Notes: generated by a model not told the origin, from the sequence alone. Positions 39,343 to 48,857 are shown, numbered from the whole stretch's first letter. The stretch is 56,862 nucleotides of DNA, filler included, from Candidatus Coatesbacteria bacterium (GCA_016927185.1; 3 parts of 3 records of this genome joined end to end with filler, not necessarily neighbours in it), one strand, 5' to 3'. A program made the numbers and translations.

Positions 39343-41301
39343 TCACCTTAAACACAAAATCCTCTTCGAAATAGTCTTTTTATCTGATTTCAACCTCAGT
39401 ATATAGATACCTGTACTCAGAAAAGAAGTATTCAAATCAATTGCCTTGTGATTTCCCTTGATTATTCCCTTGAAAACCTCATTCAGTTTTCTTCCATCTA
39501 TGCTGAAAACAGACAACTCAACTTCTTTTCCTTTATTATTGCATGATAAGGCAATTTTAAGTCTGTCTTTGAAGGGATTTGGGCATGCAGAAATATAGAG
39601 GTTATCTGGTATCTTTTTAGCTGTCATAGCATAATTGTCAAAACCAAATTCCTTTCCCTGATGAGTCTCCAGCAACCATTCATACGGATCTATCTGCATT
39701 CTAAGTGGTGTGAATCCGAGCGAGAAAGTATCAACCTTGCTTATCTCATTCAACCTGAAAACAATCAATGTATCTTTTTCGGAATTGGAGAACTTGAGTT
39801 CTATGGGAATGTCATAAACAGGAGCATTGGCATGTGTCTGAGTTTGTGTCTGTTCTATTTTTACATAAGTTCCAGAACCGAAATCATGCCATTCAAAAAC
39901 CAAAGTAGGATAACCGGGTTTATATACCCACTGATCAAAAAAGGTTGTCAAATTTTTACCTGAAGTTGCTTCCATTGAAGCCTTGAACTCATCGGTTACT
40001 GCATTGGTGTATAAGAACTTGTTATAATAATCCCTCATACCTTTGAAGAAAAGGCTGTCTCCAAGCTCATGTCTCAACATATGAAGAACCCAGGCACCTT
40101 TTTTGTAGTTTATATAATTATATGTTTCTGAATACCAGCCATATACAGCCCAATCCCATGCATGGGAGTAATTTACAATATATCTTGTGAAATCCTTCAT
40201 ATAGTTTCTGAAAGCTGTTGTATCGTTGGTATCCCAGAAAAGGTATAGAGGTTCACAATATGATGCAAAACCTTCATTCAGCCATACATCCTTGAATGTC
40301 CCGCATGTCACTGCATCTCCGAACCACATATGAGATACTTCGTGAGCCAGCAATTGAACATCCCAGTTGTTTCTTCCATTAATGAATGCCTTATGTATGA
40401 ATACAAGGGTCTGATTTTCCATACCACCCTGGAACTGGAGCATCTCAGCGAACCCGAATTTTTCATTCGGAAATGGATATGGTGCAAAAAGCTCCTCGTA
40501 ACATTGCAGCATATTGTTGGTATTCTGGAAACTTACTCTTGCATTCGCAGAATCCTCGGGAAAGACATAATGTTTTATGGGCATTCCTTTATAAGTATCA
40601 TTCAGTTCTACCAGATCTCCTGCTACAAAAGCAATAAGATAATTAGCAATTGGATAACTCACTTCCCAGTGATATGTCTTGAGAGTGTCTTCCTGGATTA
40701 TTTCCTTAAGAACGCCGTTTGATGCAGCAAAATAACCTGAGTTAACCTTTATATACAAATCAACCAGAACTTTGTCATCCGGGACATCATGACATGGATA
40801 CCAGTGTCTGTTAAGCTCAGGAGCTCCAAATGTGTCTACGAAATTGGGAATGCTGCTTCCATTTCTTTTATGAAAGTACATTCCCTCCTTAGGGGTGCAT
40901 TTGAAGGTTATTGATAGATTTATGGTGTCTCCTTGATTATAAGAATGTGGTAAATCCATGGCAAGCTTGCCATTTATCTCATCAAGGTGGAAATTGCATG
41001 TAGTATCATTACATGTAACTTCCTGAATTTCTGAATCAAAGGTGTCAAAAACAACCTGATTAAGTCCATTCTGTTCAATCAAGGTTTTTGCTGTTATTTG
41101 CCCATCATGCGAGGAATTATCGAAATTCACTTTTGTATTAAGATCATAATGTATTACATTGAAAGGATAATCACCTTCATGCTGAATCATCTTTTTCCTT
41201 GCTTTCGAATTCAGGAAATCTTTACCCTTTAAACTTATCAAATCGGTTTTCATGCTTAATGAGGATGACAGGAAAAGAATGATGATTAACGATCTAAGCA
41301 T
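39343..41301 (-). CDS. Secreted M1 family aminopeptidase with T9SS-like CTD
   Basis: GGMEN, HEVSH-x18-E (WLNEGFASY), YKKGAWVLHMLR, PNPF...GIYILRL. Confidence 0.93.
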   Translation of the reverse strand: MLRSLIIILFLSSSLSMKTDLISLKGKDFLNSKARKKMIQHEGDYPFNVIHYDLNTKVNFDNSSHDGQITAKTLIEQNGLNQVVFDTFDSEIQEVTCNDTTCNFHLDEINGKLAMDLPHSYNQGDTINLSITFKCTPKEGMYFHKRNGSSIPNFVDTFGAPELNRHWYPCHDVPDDKVLVDLYIKVNSGYFAASNGVLKEIIQEDTLKTYHWEVSYPIANYLIAFVAGDLVELNDTYKGMPIKHYVFPEDSANARVSFQNTNNMLQCYEELFAPYPFPNEKFGFAEMLQFQGGMENQTLVFIHKAFINGRNNWDVQLLAHEVSHMWFGDAVTCGTFKDVWLNEGFASYCEPLYLFWDTNDTTAFRNYMKDFTRYIVNYSHAWDWAVYGWYSETYNYINYKKGAWVLHMLRHELGDSLFFKGMRDYYNKFLYTNAVTDEFKASMEATSGKNLTTFFDQWVYKPGYPTLVFEWHDFGSGTYVKIEQTQTQTHANAPVYDIPIELKFSNSEKDTLIVFRLNEISKVDTFSLGFTPLRMQIDPYEWLLETHQGKEFGFDNYAMTAKKIPDNLYISACPNPFKDRLKIALSCNNKGKEVELSVFSIDGRKLNEVFKGIIKGNHKAIDLNTSFLSTGIYILRLKSDKKTISKRILCLR

Positions 41302-41362
41302 TGCAACTCCTTTTGAATTTCACGATTCAAGAAAAAAAAGCATGGAAAAAAGCAAGGTATTT

Positions 41363-42211
41363 CTATGGTCCATAGAACAAGAGATAGAATTTAGTATCGG
41401 GATAGATTTTAACGGCAGGCATCGGGAAATGCCATCCATTGAAAAGCGATTTTGTTCTTTTCAAGAATTTCGATTTCCCTGGAAGAGCTTCAAGATTTAA
41501 ATCAAGCCCAACATATAATTCCCTGTGCTCCATTGCATCCCTTATCTCAGAATGTCTTGTAGTTCCATACCCAAAAGCTAGATTCAACCATTCAGGCCAC
41601 GGATTCTCGAAAGGCAATACTTTGGCAAGATCAGCTGATAACCAGTAAGTCATTCCTCCATAATCCCATACGAAATCAATATTTTTTTCATCTTTTTCAT
41701 CAGATTTCCAGTAATTGTATTTCAGATTATAATGTTTCAATTGAGGAATTTTCTTTTGCATGAATGGATACCAAGCTCCCAGAGTATTAGACAGGATATC
41801 AACCTTGCTGAAACCATGTTCTGGCGTATATGCATCTTTCATCTCTATGCCAAACAAGAATAATGTTGAAATTGACGGCCCTATATACTCTGGATAAGGT
41901 TTTGGCAAATTCCAGAACTCGGTTGTAGTAGTAAATAACTTGCTAATCTCCATTCCTACATAAATATGACCCAGGTGATCTATATTCTTATATCTCATTT
42001 CTCTATTAGTGGTTTCCCAGTGGAAAGAGCCGGTTTGTTTCCACCATGATTTTTGCAGACCTGGCCAGAGATAAATCAAGGTACCTCCCAAAACCAATGT
42101 TGTGCCTCCTACTGCAATCCAGTTAAGTCCTTTATTATCAAGGGAATCTGCATCTGAGGCTATCAGATTTGAATTGAGAAAAAACAGGCAAAATAATATT
42201 TTTAAATTCAT
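41363..42211 (-). CDS. DUF2279/YfiM-like protein
   Basis: DHLGH, IEMKDA, GFSKVDILSNTLG, DYGGMTYWLS, WPEWLNLAFGYG, RELYVGLD. Confidence 0.75.
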   Translation of the reverse strand: MNLKILFCLFFLNSNLIASDADSLDNKGLNWIAVGGTTLVLGGTLIYLWPGLQKSWWKQTGSFHWETTNREMRYKNIDHLGHIYVGMEISKLFTTTTEFWNLPKPYPEYIGPSISTLFLFGIEMKDAYTPEHGFSKVDILSNTLGAWYPFMQKKIPQLKHYNLKYNYWKSDEKDEKNIDFVWDYGGMTYWLSADLAKVLPFENPWPEWLNLAFGYGTTRHSEIRDAMEHRELYVGLDLNLEALPGKSKFLKRTKSLFNGWHFPMPAVKIYPDTKFYLLFYGP

Positions 42212-42217
42212 ATTAAC

Positions 42218-42250
42218 AATAAAGCCTATCTTAACATGATAGGCTTTATT
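42218..42250. terminator. Perfect hairpin, probable terminator
   Basis: AATAAAGCCTATC-TTAACAT-GATAGGCTTTATT just downstream of the OmpA/MotB gene. Confidence 0.6.
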
Positions 42251-42273
42251 CAAGTTCATGGGAGTTCTTCTAT

Positions 42274-43101
42274 TTAATTATTCCCGAAATCATCATCGTC
42301 ATCATTCTTGTCTTTATTTTTGTCTTTATTCTTGTCCTTCTTGTTCTTGTCTTTCTTGTTAGTATCCCTGACAACAACTTTTCCACTATCAGGTTCATAA
42401 GGCGGTGGAACAACTCTTGGAATCATATCACCATATAATCCCTCAAGGTTTGGCAATAGCATAATCTCAATTCTTCTGTTTTTTGCCCTGCCTTCAAGAT
42501 CATCATTTCTGGCAATTGGATAGTATTCACTGAAACCGGAAGCTGATAATCTTAGTGGAGACATGCCATGTTCAATCAAGTACTTGCATACAACAAGGGC
42601 TCTTGAAGAACTCAAATCCCAGTTGGATGGGAATTTGGCTGTCCTGATAGGTTTGTTATCTGTATGTCCTGCTACCTGCCAATCCCTGTCAGTTTCTACA
42701 AGTATTTTTGCAGTTCTTTCAAGAACATCTCTTCCTTCCTTTTTCAATTCGGTTTTTCCGGGATCAAACAATATATCCTCTGCAAGTTTTACAACAACTC
42801 TGCCCCTGATAAGGATAAGCTCCACCTTTTTTGCCCTTATCAAATCTCTGAAACTTTCCTGCAATTTCTTCAGTTCTGCAGAAGATATTGAATCCCTTCT
42901 TGCCAGCAATCTGTTTTGCTCCCTTAGTTCATTAATTTCATTTTTCATGCTTTCGCTTTGTTGCCTGCATTCATCTCTTTCACGCATGTATTGGTCGCGC
43001 TCTTCTTTCAGTTTGTCATAATCACTTTGTCTTATACATGAAGTAAGGTTTAATGCAAGCAATAGCATAACTGTTAGAATCAATGTTTTTCGCATACCCA
43101 C
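42274..43101 (-). CDS. OmpA/MotB-family peptidoglycan-binding lipoprotein
   Basis: Lipobox LTSC, coiled coil, ILFDPGK, AGHTDNKP, SNWDLSSSRA, NRRIEI. K/D/N low-complexity tail. Confidence 0.88.
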   Translation of the reverse strand: MGMRKTLILTVMLLLALNLTSCIRQSDYDKLKEERDQYMRERDECRQQSESMKNEINELREQNRLLARRDSISSAELKKLQESFRDLIRAKKVELILIRGRVVVKLAEDILFDPGKTELKKEGRDVLERTAKILVETDRDWQVAGHTDNKPIRTAKFPSNWDLSSSRALVVCKYLIEHGMSPLRLSASGFSEYYPIARNDDLEGRAKNRRIEIMLLPNLEGLYGDMIPRVVPPPYEPDSGKVVVRDTNKKDKNKKDKNKDKNKDKNDDDDDFGNN

Positions 43102-43376
43102 CTCTCAAATTAAATATTCTTATTTTAATTAAGTATAGTTCAAGCAATAATACTGCATTTCTTTGTCAATTAAAAAAAAACCTCATGCTCATAACATTAT
43201 AAATAGATATCATTTTGGCATTGAAGTTAAAAAGAAGATGACAAGTCTGTCTTTTCAGTAAGATTTACAAAGTTGACTTTAAATAAATCTTTTTCAATAA
43301 GGTAGAGAAAATTTGATTTTAACTCACTTATCAATTCAATAAAAAGAAGCCTTGACCGTAATTAATATAATTTTAA

Positions 43377-43859
43377 ATGCCTATCTCAGTCATGATAAAA
43401 AAGTTATCCACATTTATTTTAATGTTTTGTATTTCTTCAATTTCAGGGGCTTCTGTCCCCAAACTACCTTCTCACGACTATATTATTGACAAGGATGGAA
43501 ATCTTGTAATGTGGGTTTATATATGGGGTGAAGTAGAGAGACCTGGAGGAGTACAAGTTTTCGATAGTTCCACCTTGATTCAGGCAATTTCTCTGACTGG
43601 AGGACCAACAGATAATGCTGATCTCCAGCATGTTAGATTGACAAGAAAAAACTCCAGCAAGGAGAGGATTCTTGATCTGGAAGAATATCTGAAGACAGGT
43701 TCTGACAAGGTGAACATAATCCTTAAACCTGGGGATGTTATATATATTCCCAAGAACAAGGGATATGAATGGAAAAGGATTATTGGTTATATTGCTGACG
43801 TTGCAACAATTGTAACCTTATTTCTCCTTATAAGAGATGAAGCAGTCAAGGGACAATGA
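43377..43859 (+). CDS. SLBB-domain polysaccharide export protein (Wza-like)
   Basis: VYIWGEVERPG, AISLTGG, LKPGDVIYIP. Coupled to wzc. Confidence 0.8.
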   Translation: MPISVMIKKLSTFILMFCISSISGASVPKLPSHDYIIDKDGNLVMWVYIWGEVERPGGVQVFDSSTLIQAISLTGGPTDNADLQHVRLTRKNSSKERILDLEEYLKTGSDKVNIILKPGDVIYIPKNKGYEWKRIIGYIADVATIVTLFLLIRDEAVKGQ

Positions 43860-46114
43860 ACCAGCCTGTTCAACAGAATATTTCACAACCTTTTGAACAA
43901 CCAAATATCTGGCAATATCTGGCAATTATTTACAGGCATCTATGGGTAGTCATTCTGGTTTTCATCTCAGTTCTTTCCCTCACTTTGTACAGAAATTATA
44001 AGGCTATTCCCATTTATGAAGCTGAATCAACAGTACTTCTCGAAGCCTCATCACCTAATTTATTTAACAGCCAGTTTACTACCTCTTATTATACGATGTA
44101 TTTGAGTCAGAGATATCTGCTCCAGAATCAGATGCTTTTTTTGAGAAGCTATCAAATGGCTCAGCTTGTTGCAAAGGAATTCGGGAAAAACGAGCTGGCA
44201 ATTGCCTTGAAACCGTACAAGGGAATGAATCTTACAGAAGAAGAGAGATTGAAGATATTATCAATAATGGTTAAAAGCTCACTCGTTGTTTCACAAGATC
44301 CTCAATCAGATTTCCTTCACATTACAATAAGATTCACTGATCCCAAAATTGCGACTTTCATTGCCAATACCTATGCAGAAGTTTTCCAGAGAGAGGATCT
44401 TTCATATAAAAGAAGCACTATGAAAGCCATGAAGGAATTTGTGGCAGAGCAGCTGAACTTCACGAAGAAACAGCTTGATGATGCTGAGGATCAGTTGAAA
44501 GCATACAAGATGAGCAACAATGTTGTATATCTTGATGCAGAAGGCCAGAGAATAATTTCGAATATCGGTGATCTTGAAAAAATGTACTTCGATGCAAACA
44601 GCCAGTATCAAGGTGTAATAAAACAGATTGGTTATTATGAATCTGAGATAAGGAAAGAAAAACTTGGATTTGTTCCGAAACTTGAGAATATTTCTTCCCC
44701 AATGATCACGCAGCTCAGAAACAAGATGGTTGAGCTTGAAATGGCAAAAACAGGGCTTGAAGAAAAGGGATACAAAGATAATCATCCAAAACTCAAGGAA
44801 ATAAATTTACGTATAGGCAAGACTTCCAGGCAGCTTGTTGATGCACTTGAAGAAGTACTGACGAAGGAGCATTTTACTGACCCCCAGTCCACGCTAAGTG
44901 AATACATCAAGACATTGATTCCTCTTGAAGTCCAGAGAAGCGGTCTTGATGCAAGGAAAAAAGTCCTGAAAAACGCTGTAAATAACTATAATAGCAAGCT
45001 TCTGGGATTTCCACAGAAAGAGATAAACCTTGCAAGACTTGTCCGGGACAGAGCAATAGCTGAGAAGATTTATATCATGCTCAAGGAACAGTATCAGACT
45101 ATAAGAATTACTGAGGCAGGAGAGCTAAGCAGGGTAAGAATAATAGATTTTGCCAAGGAACCAACAGCACCTATTCTTCCACAAAAAAGAAGAGATCTTT
45201 TTATCGGGATAATAATGGGACTGGTTCTGGGATTTGTTATGTCCTTCTTCCTTGAATATCTTGATGACAGGATAAGAAGTCCAGAGGAGCTTCAACGATT
45301 CACGGGACTCTCTATCCTGGGAGTCATACCATTGATATCAAGCGACAGGAAAGTCCAGAGAGGGAGCAAGCACGAGCTCAGCTCTATTGAAGAAAGACTT
45401 GTCACTCATTATGATCCAAAGAGCCCTACTGCTGAAGCATACAGATCTCTCAGGACAAGCATTATGTTTTCAAGAGCAGGCAAGACAATAAAGACTATTC
45501 TTATAACAAGTAGCGGCCCGCGCGAAGGAAAATCAACAACTGCAGCAAATCTTGCAATCACGATGTCTCAGATGGGCTCAAAAACGCTGCTTATAGACAG
45601 TGATCTAAGAAGACCGATTTTGCATTCACTTTTCGGGATGAACAAGGAACCAGGGCTTACCAATCATATTCTAGGAGGGATACCACTTGAGGAATCTGCA
45701 AGGAAAACCTCTATTGATAACCTGTTTGTAATGCCTGCTGGTACTATGCCACCTAATCCCTCAGAAATATTGAGTTCCCAAATCATAGATGATTTCATAG
45801 ATAAGTCTACAAAGTATTTTGATGTTCTTGTTTTTGATTCTCCTCCTATTATTGCGGTTACAGATCCTATTGTTCTTGGCTTGAAGGTTGATGGTGTCTG
45901 TCTTGTTGTTGATGGGTATAGTGTGAAGAGAGCAATAGTGAAAAGGGCAATCGACAATATAATGAAGATGAATCTTCCAATTCTTGGAGCAATTTTCAAC
46001 AAACTGGATTTCCAGAAAAGATATGGTTATTACGGTTATTACAATTATTACTATTATTATTATTCTGGAGAAGGCAAGCGCAGCCAATCGAAAAGAAAAC
46101 GGACTAAAAGTTGA
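43856..46114 (+). CDS. wzc: Polysaccharide co-polymerase / tyrosine autokinase (Wzc family)
   Basis: Two TMs, AEAYRSLRT, Walker A GPREGKST, IDSDLRRP, FDSPP, C-terminal Tyr cluster YGYYGYYNYYYYYY. Confidence 0.92.
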   Translation: MNQPVQQNISQPFEQPNIWQYLAIIYRHLWVVILVFISVLSLTLYRNYKAIPIYEAESTVLLEASSPNLFNSQFTTSYYTMYLSQRYLLQNQMLFLRSYQMAQLVAKEFGKNELAIALKPYKGMNLTEEERLKILSIMVKSSLVVSQDPQSDFLHITIRFTDPKIATFIANTYAEVFQREDLSYKRSTMKAMKEFVAEQLNFTKKQLDDAEDQLKAYKMSNNVVYLDAEGQRIISNIGDLEKMYFDANSQYQGVIKQIGYYESEIRKEKLGFVPKLENISSPMITQLRNKMVELEMAKTGLEEKGYKDNHPKLKEINLRIGKTSRQLVDALEEVLTKEHFTDPQSTLSEYIKTLIPLEVQRSGLDARKKVLKNAVNNYNSKLLGFPQKEINLARLVRDRAIAEKIYIMLKEQYQTIRITEAGELSRVRIIDFAKEPTAPILPQKRRDLFIGIIMGLVLGFVMSFFLEYLDDRIRSPEELQRFTGLSILGVIPLISSDRKVQRGSKHELSSIEERLVTHYDPKSPTAEAYRSLRTSIMFSRAGKTIKTILITSSGPREGKSTTAANLAITMSQMGSKTLLIDSDLRRPILHSLFGMNKEPGLTNHILGGIPLEESARKTSIDNLFVMPAGTMPPNPSEILSSQIIDDFIDKSTKYFDVLVFDSPPIIAVTDPIVLGLKVDGVCLVVDGYSVKRAIVKRAIDNIMKMNLPILGAIFNKLDFQKRYGYYGYYNYYYYYYSGEGKRSQSKRKRTKS

Positions 46115-47151
46115 GAATACAATTAATAGTCGGTTTAATTATCAGCATTCTATTTCTTTACATCTCATTAAATGGAGTTCAGCTTGACAAACTGCTTATT
46201 CTTATCAAGAGCTCACATTGGGAATATATTCCGATATTAGTTATTGTTGTTTTGTTGGGATTCCTTATAAGATCCGTAAGGTGGTTTTACCTGCTTCGTT
46301 CAATAAAGGAAATAAGGATAAGGAAACTTCTGTCTTTTGAGCTTATAGGTTATGCAGTAAGTAATATTTATCCTGCAAGACTGGGTGAATTCGTAAGAGC
46401 TTATCTTCTTGGAAAACATGAAGGTATATCCGGCTCAAGCGCTCTTGCATCAATTGTAATTGAGAGAGTTCTTGATGGAATAATGGTCTTGTTTTTGTTT
46501 ACGCTGATATTGACATTTTTCAAGCTTCCCAGTGGAGTAGATAGAATAAACATAAAATTCCTGGGACATATTTCACTTCCTCAATTAGGAATACTGGCTT
46601 TATCATTTTATATTCTTGTTATTTCATTTCTGGTTCTTGCATATATAAACAAACCAAAAGCACTGAAAATAATAGAATTTTCATCCAGATTCCTGCCCCA
46701 GAAGATATACCAGAAGGTATCTGATTTCATGGGCAAGTTCATTGATGGGCTTTCAGTGATAAAAGAACCCTTTAATATTCTTAAGGCACTGTTCTATACT
46801 CTATTATTATGGATTGTTGTTATCTATTCTGCAGAACTGACATTTTATCTCATGCCGGGTGATTTTTCTTCGGGATTGCCATTTTATGCATCAGCTCTTG
46901 TTACCATTCTTGTTGCATTGATACTCATGGTTCCAGCAGCACCGGGTAATATAGGAACACTTCAATATGGCTGCATAATTTCTCTTGCAATATTCAGGAT
47001 AGACAAGACAGAGGCATTCGGATTTTCAATATTATTTCACGGTCTTCAATATTTTATTGTCACAATTTCAGGTTTATTCTATCTCTGGCAATATGGTTTG
47101 TCTTTGAAGAGACTGATAAAAGAAAGAAAGGAAAAAGACGGGAGTGAATAG
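46111..47151 (+). CDS. Lysylphosphatidylglycerol synthase TM-domain / flippase-like membrane protein
   Basis: IRSVRW, PARLGEFVRAY, IERVLD, PAAPGNIG. Confidence 0.85.
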   Translation: MRIQLIVGLIISILFLYISLNGVQLDKLLILIKSSHWEYIPILVIVVLLGFLIRSVRWFYLLRSIKEIRIRKLLSFELIGYAVSNIYPARLGEFVRAYLLGKHEGISGSSALASIVIERVLDGIMVLFLFTLILTFFKLPSGVDRINIKFLGHISLPQLGILALSFYILVISFLVLAYINKPKALKIIEFSSRFLPQKIYQKVSDFMGKFIDGLSVIKEPFNILKALFYTLLLWIVVIYSAELTFYLMPGDFSSGLPFYASALVTILVALILMVPAAPGNIGTLQYGCIISLAIFRIDKTEAFGFSILFHGLQYFIVTISGLFYLWQYGLSLKRLIKERKEKDGSE

Positions 47152-47237
47152 GTCCTGGTGGGTCTCCTGGGCTTCAAACTCAGTGCTGGATATGTTTTCA
47201 TATTCAGGGTGGGTTCAATTCCCACACGCTCCCGCCA
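47140..47237 (+). tRNA. selC: tRNA-Sec(TCA)
   Basis: 98 nt. Extended acceptor stem GGGAGTG/CGCTCCC, 6-bp D stem AGGTCC-TGGT-GGGTCT, anticodon loop CT-TCA-AA, long variable arm CTGGATATG-TTTT-CATATTCAG, T arm GTGGG-TTCAATT-CCCAC, G73-CCA. Confidence 0.93.
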
Positions 47238-47244
47238 AATAGAC

Positions 47245-47391
47245 ATGAAGAAAAGTATATTGATATTAGTCCAGATCCTTGTCTTGGTCGTTTCGCTAGC
47301 AGGAATTATAGTTGGATATAGAATGGATGAGGCAGTAAAAGTCCTTAATAATGCAATAATGCTCTGACTTACCTGCATAGGAATCGGTTGA
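47245..47391 (+). CDS. Putative 48-aa membrane selenoprotein (UxxC variant of the small CD1871A-like CxxC proteins)
   Basis: MKKSILILVQILVLVVSLAGIIVGYRMDEAVKVLNNAIML-UGA(47365-47367)-LTCIGIG-stop. Hairpin 12 nt after the UGA. Directly behind selC. Confidence 0.8.
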
Positions 47392-47403
47392 TTCCATTTT
47401 TTT
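47380..47403 (+). promoter_or_regulatory. Candidate bacterial SECIS hairpin overlapping an intrinsic terminator
   Basis: GGAATC-GGTT-GATTCC starting 12 nt after the in-frame UGA, followed by A and a T7 run. Confidence 0.6.
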
Positions 47404-47535
47404 GTTGACAAAAAATCAGGGTCTAATAAGTTAGCAATAAATCTTTAAAATGATTTAAGGGGAGGTGAACAAAAGCAAATTCTGGCATTTCCAATATAAA
47501 TCTGGATTTTTTTAACATATAAAAAAGGAGGCATA

Positions 47536-48615
47536 ATGAAAGTTTTGTTGTTTTTAATTCTCTTAGTCGGCACAGCTGGACTAATAGCAGAAGAAGTTGG
47601 TGACCGCGTAGCATCATATCCCTTACCAGCTGGATATATGGAAGAACAGCAGATATCAGGTTTAGCTGTTGTCAAAGGCAAGATATATGTTACTAACCTG
47701 ACAACACATTATATTGTTATGGGTGATGTTAACACAGGAACATGGGAAAAATCATGGCTTTTCACCCAGGATATATATACCTATGGAATGAGTGTAAGTA
47801 ATAGTGCAGATACTATGGCATTGGTTGGAAATGAAACCAAGCAGTTATTTCTTCTTGATCTGAATAGTGATGATCTTGATATCCTTGGTTCAGTATTGCT
47901 GGATGAAAGTGTAGTCCAGGAAACAAATCCACCATATCTCACAGGCGTTCTTTATATAACATATAATAGCAATTACAGAGTACTTGTTGTTGACAGAGAT
48001 AACCTAAAACTTTATGAGGTTGATCCAATAGCTCTTGAATATAAAGGCAAGACTAATGCACCTGCAGATATCGCATATGCATACTGGTTGCGTGGACTTG
48101 GCTATGATAAAGATGTAAATTGTATTCTCTTTGCAATTTCCTGTTTTAATGAAGAACTGCTTCTAGACAGTTCAATGGTATCAGCTTATGATCCCGCAAC
48201 ATGGGCAAGAAAAACTGAACTTGCCGGGGACGGACATTTTCTGCCATTCTGCTCAATTGATACACTTGGACAAGGAAACTGGTTTGATGGCGTATACACA
48301 TATATGAATATCAGAGGTATTGCTTATATCAATGATTTCACAAGCAGTCAGACAGAATGGAAAAAAGTCTATCCTGCAGCTGGAATGGAAAATCCAGGAG
48401 TATGTCCACAAGCAGTTTGGATGTATCTTTCATTTGGATTTGACAGCATCAAAAAGACAACCTGGGGTGGCATCAAGAAGATGTATGGAGAAGGTGTCAG
48501 TTTCAGCAGGAAACCAGGCTCTGCTAAATTAGGCAAAACAGCTATCAGAGATATCAAGGCAAGCAAAGTTGGAAAATCAAGATTGATACTTCCAAAACGT
48601 TCTAACCTGAGATAA
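47536..48615 (+). CDS. Secreted hypothetical beta-propeller-like protein with TWGxIK motif
   Basis: AAGGAGG RBS, signal peptide, beta-rich body, KTTWGGIKKMY then a basic tail. Confidence 0.7.
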   Translation: MKVLLFLILLVGTAGLIAEEVGDRVASYPLPAGYMEEQQISGLAVVKGKIYVTNLTTHYIVMGDVNTGTWEKSWLFTQDIYTYGMSVSNSADTMALVGNETKQLFLLDLNSDDLDILGSVLLDESVVQETNPPYLTGVLYITYNSNYRVLVVDRDNLKLYEVDPIALEYKGKTNAPADIAYAYWLRGLGYDKDVNCILFAISCFNEELLLDSSMVSAYDPATWARKTELAGDGHFLPFCSIDTLGQGNWFDGVYTYMNIRGIAYINDFTSSQTEWKKVYPAAGMENPGVCPQAVWMYLSFGFDSIKKTTWGGIKKMYGEGVSFSRKPGSAKLGKTAIRDIKASKVGKSRLILPKRSNLR

Positions 48616-48636
48616 TTTTATCATTAAAGTCAGTAT

Positions 48637-48666
48637 AAAAGGGAAGCAATCGCTTCCCTTTTTTTT
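48637..48666 (+). terminator. Rho-independent terminator (bidirectional shape)
   Basis: AAAAGGGAAGC-AATC-GCTTCCCTTTTTTTT. Confidence 0.88.
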
Positions 48667-48857
48667 CTTATTTCTTTTGAATTTTACTAATGTTTGATTG
48701 CAGGTTCCTTTCAATCTTTCCATATTGATCTGACGAAGTAGATTCGTCTCTCTTCTTAACCAATCTCTCTTCTCATGCAGCTTTGCATGAGAAACTGGAG
48801 TATTGAGGGGGGGGGAGAGAGATAAGGATATTTATATAATTATTCCTTGAAAATAAT

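Noticed and set aside
42274..42365. K/D/N-rich short repeats
   Set aside because: Ordinary low-complexity protein tail.
47158..47367. ORF-track 69-aa protein and antisense 47079-47411 ORF
   Set aside because: Both run through tRNA-Sec. The plausible gene starts at ATG 47245.
47458..47470. Perfect GGAGGTGA Shine-Dalgarno-like sequence in the leader of 47536
   Set aside because: No start codon at usable spacing and no recognisable riboswitch fold.
48772..48815. G9 tract and TTCTCATGCA..TGCATGAGAA hairpin as a phase-variation site
   Set aside because: Within 100 nt of a contig end and not tied to any identifiable gene. Homopolymer or assembly error cannot be excluded.
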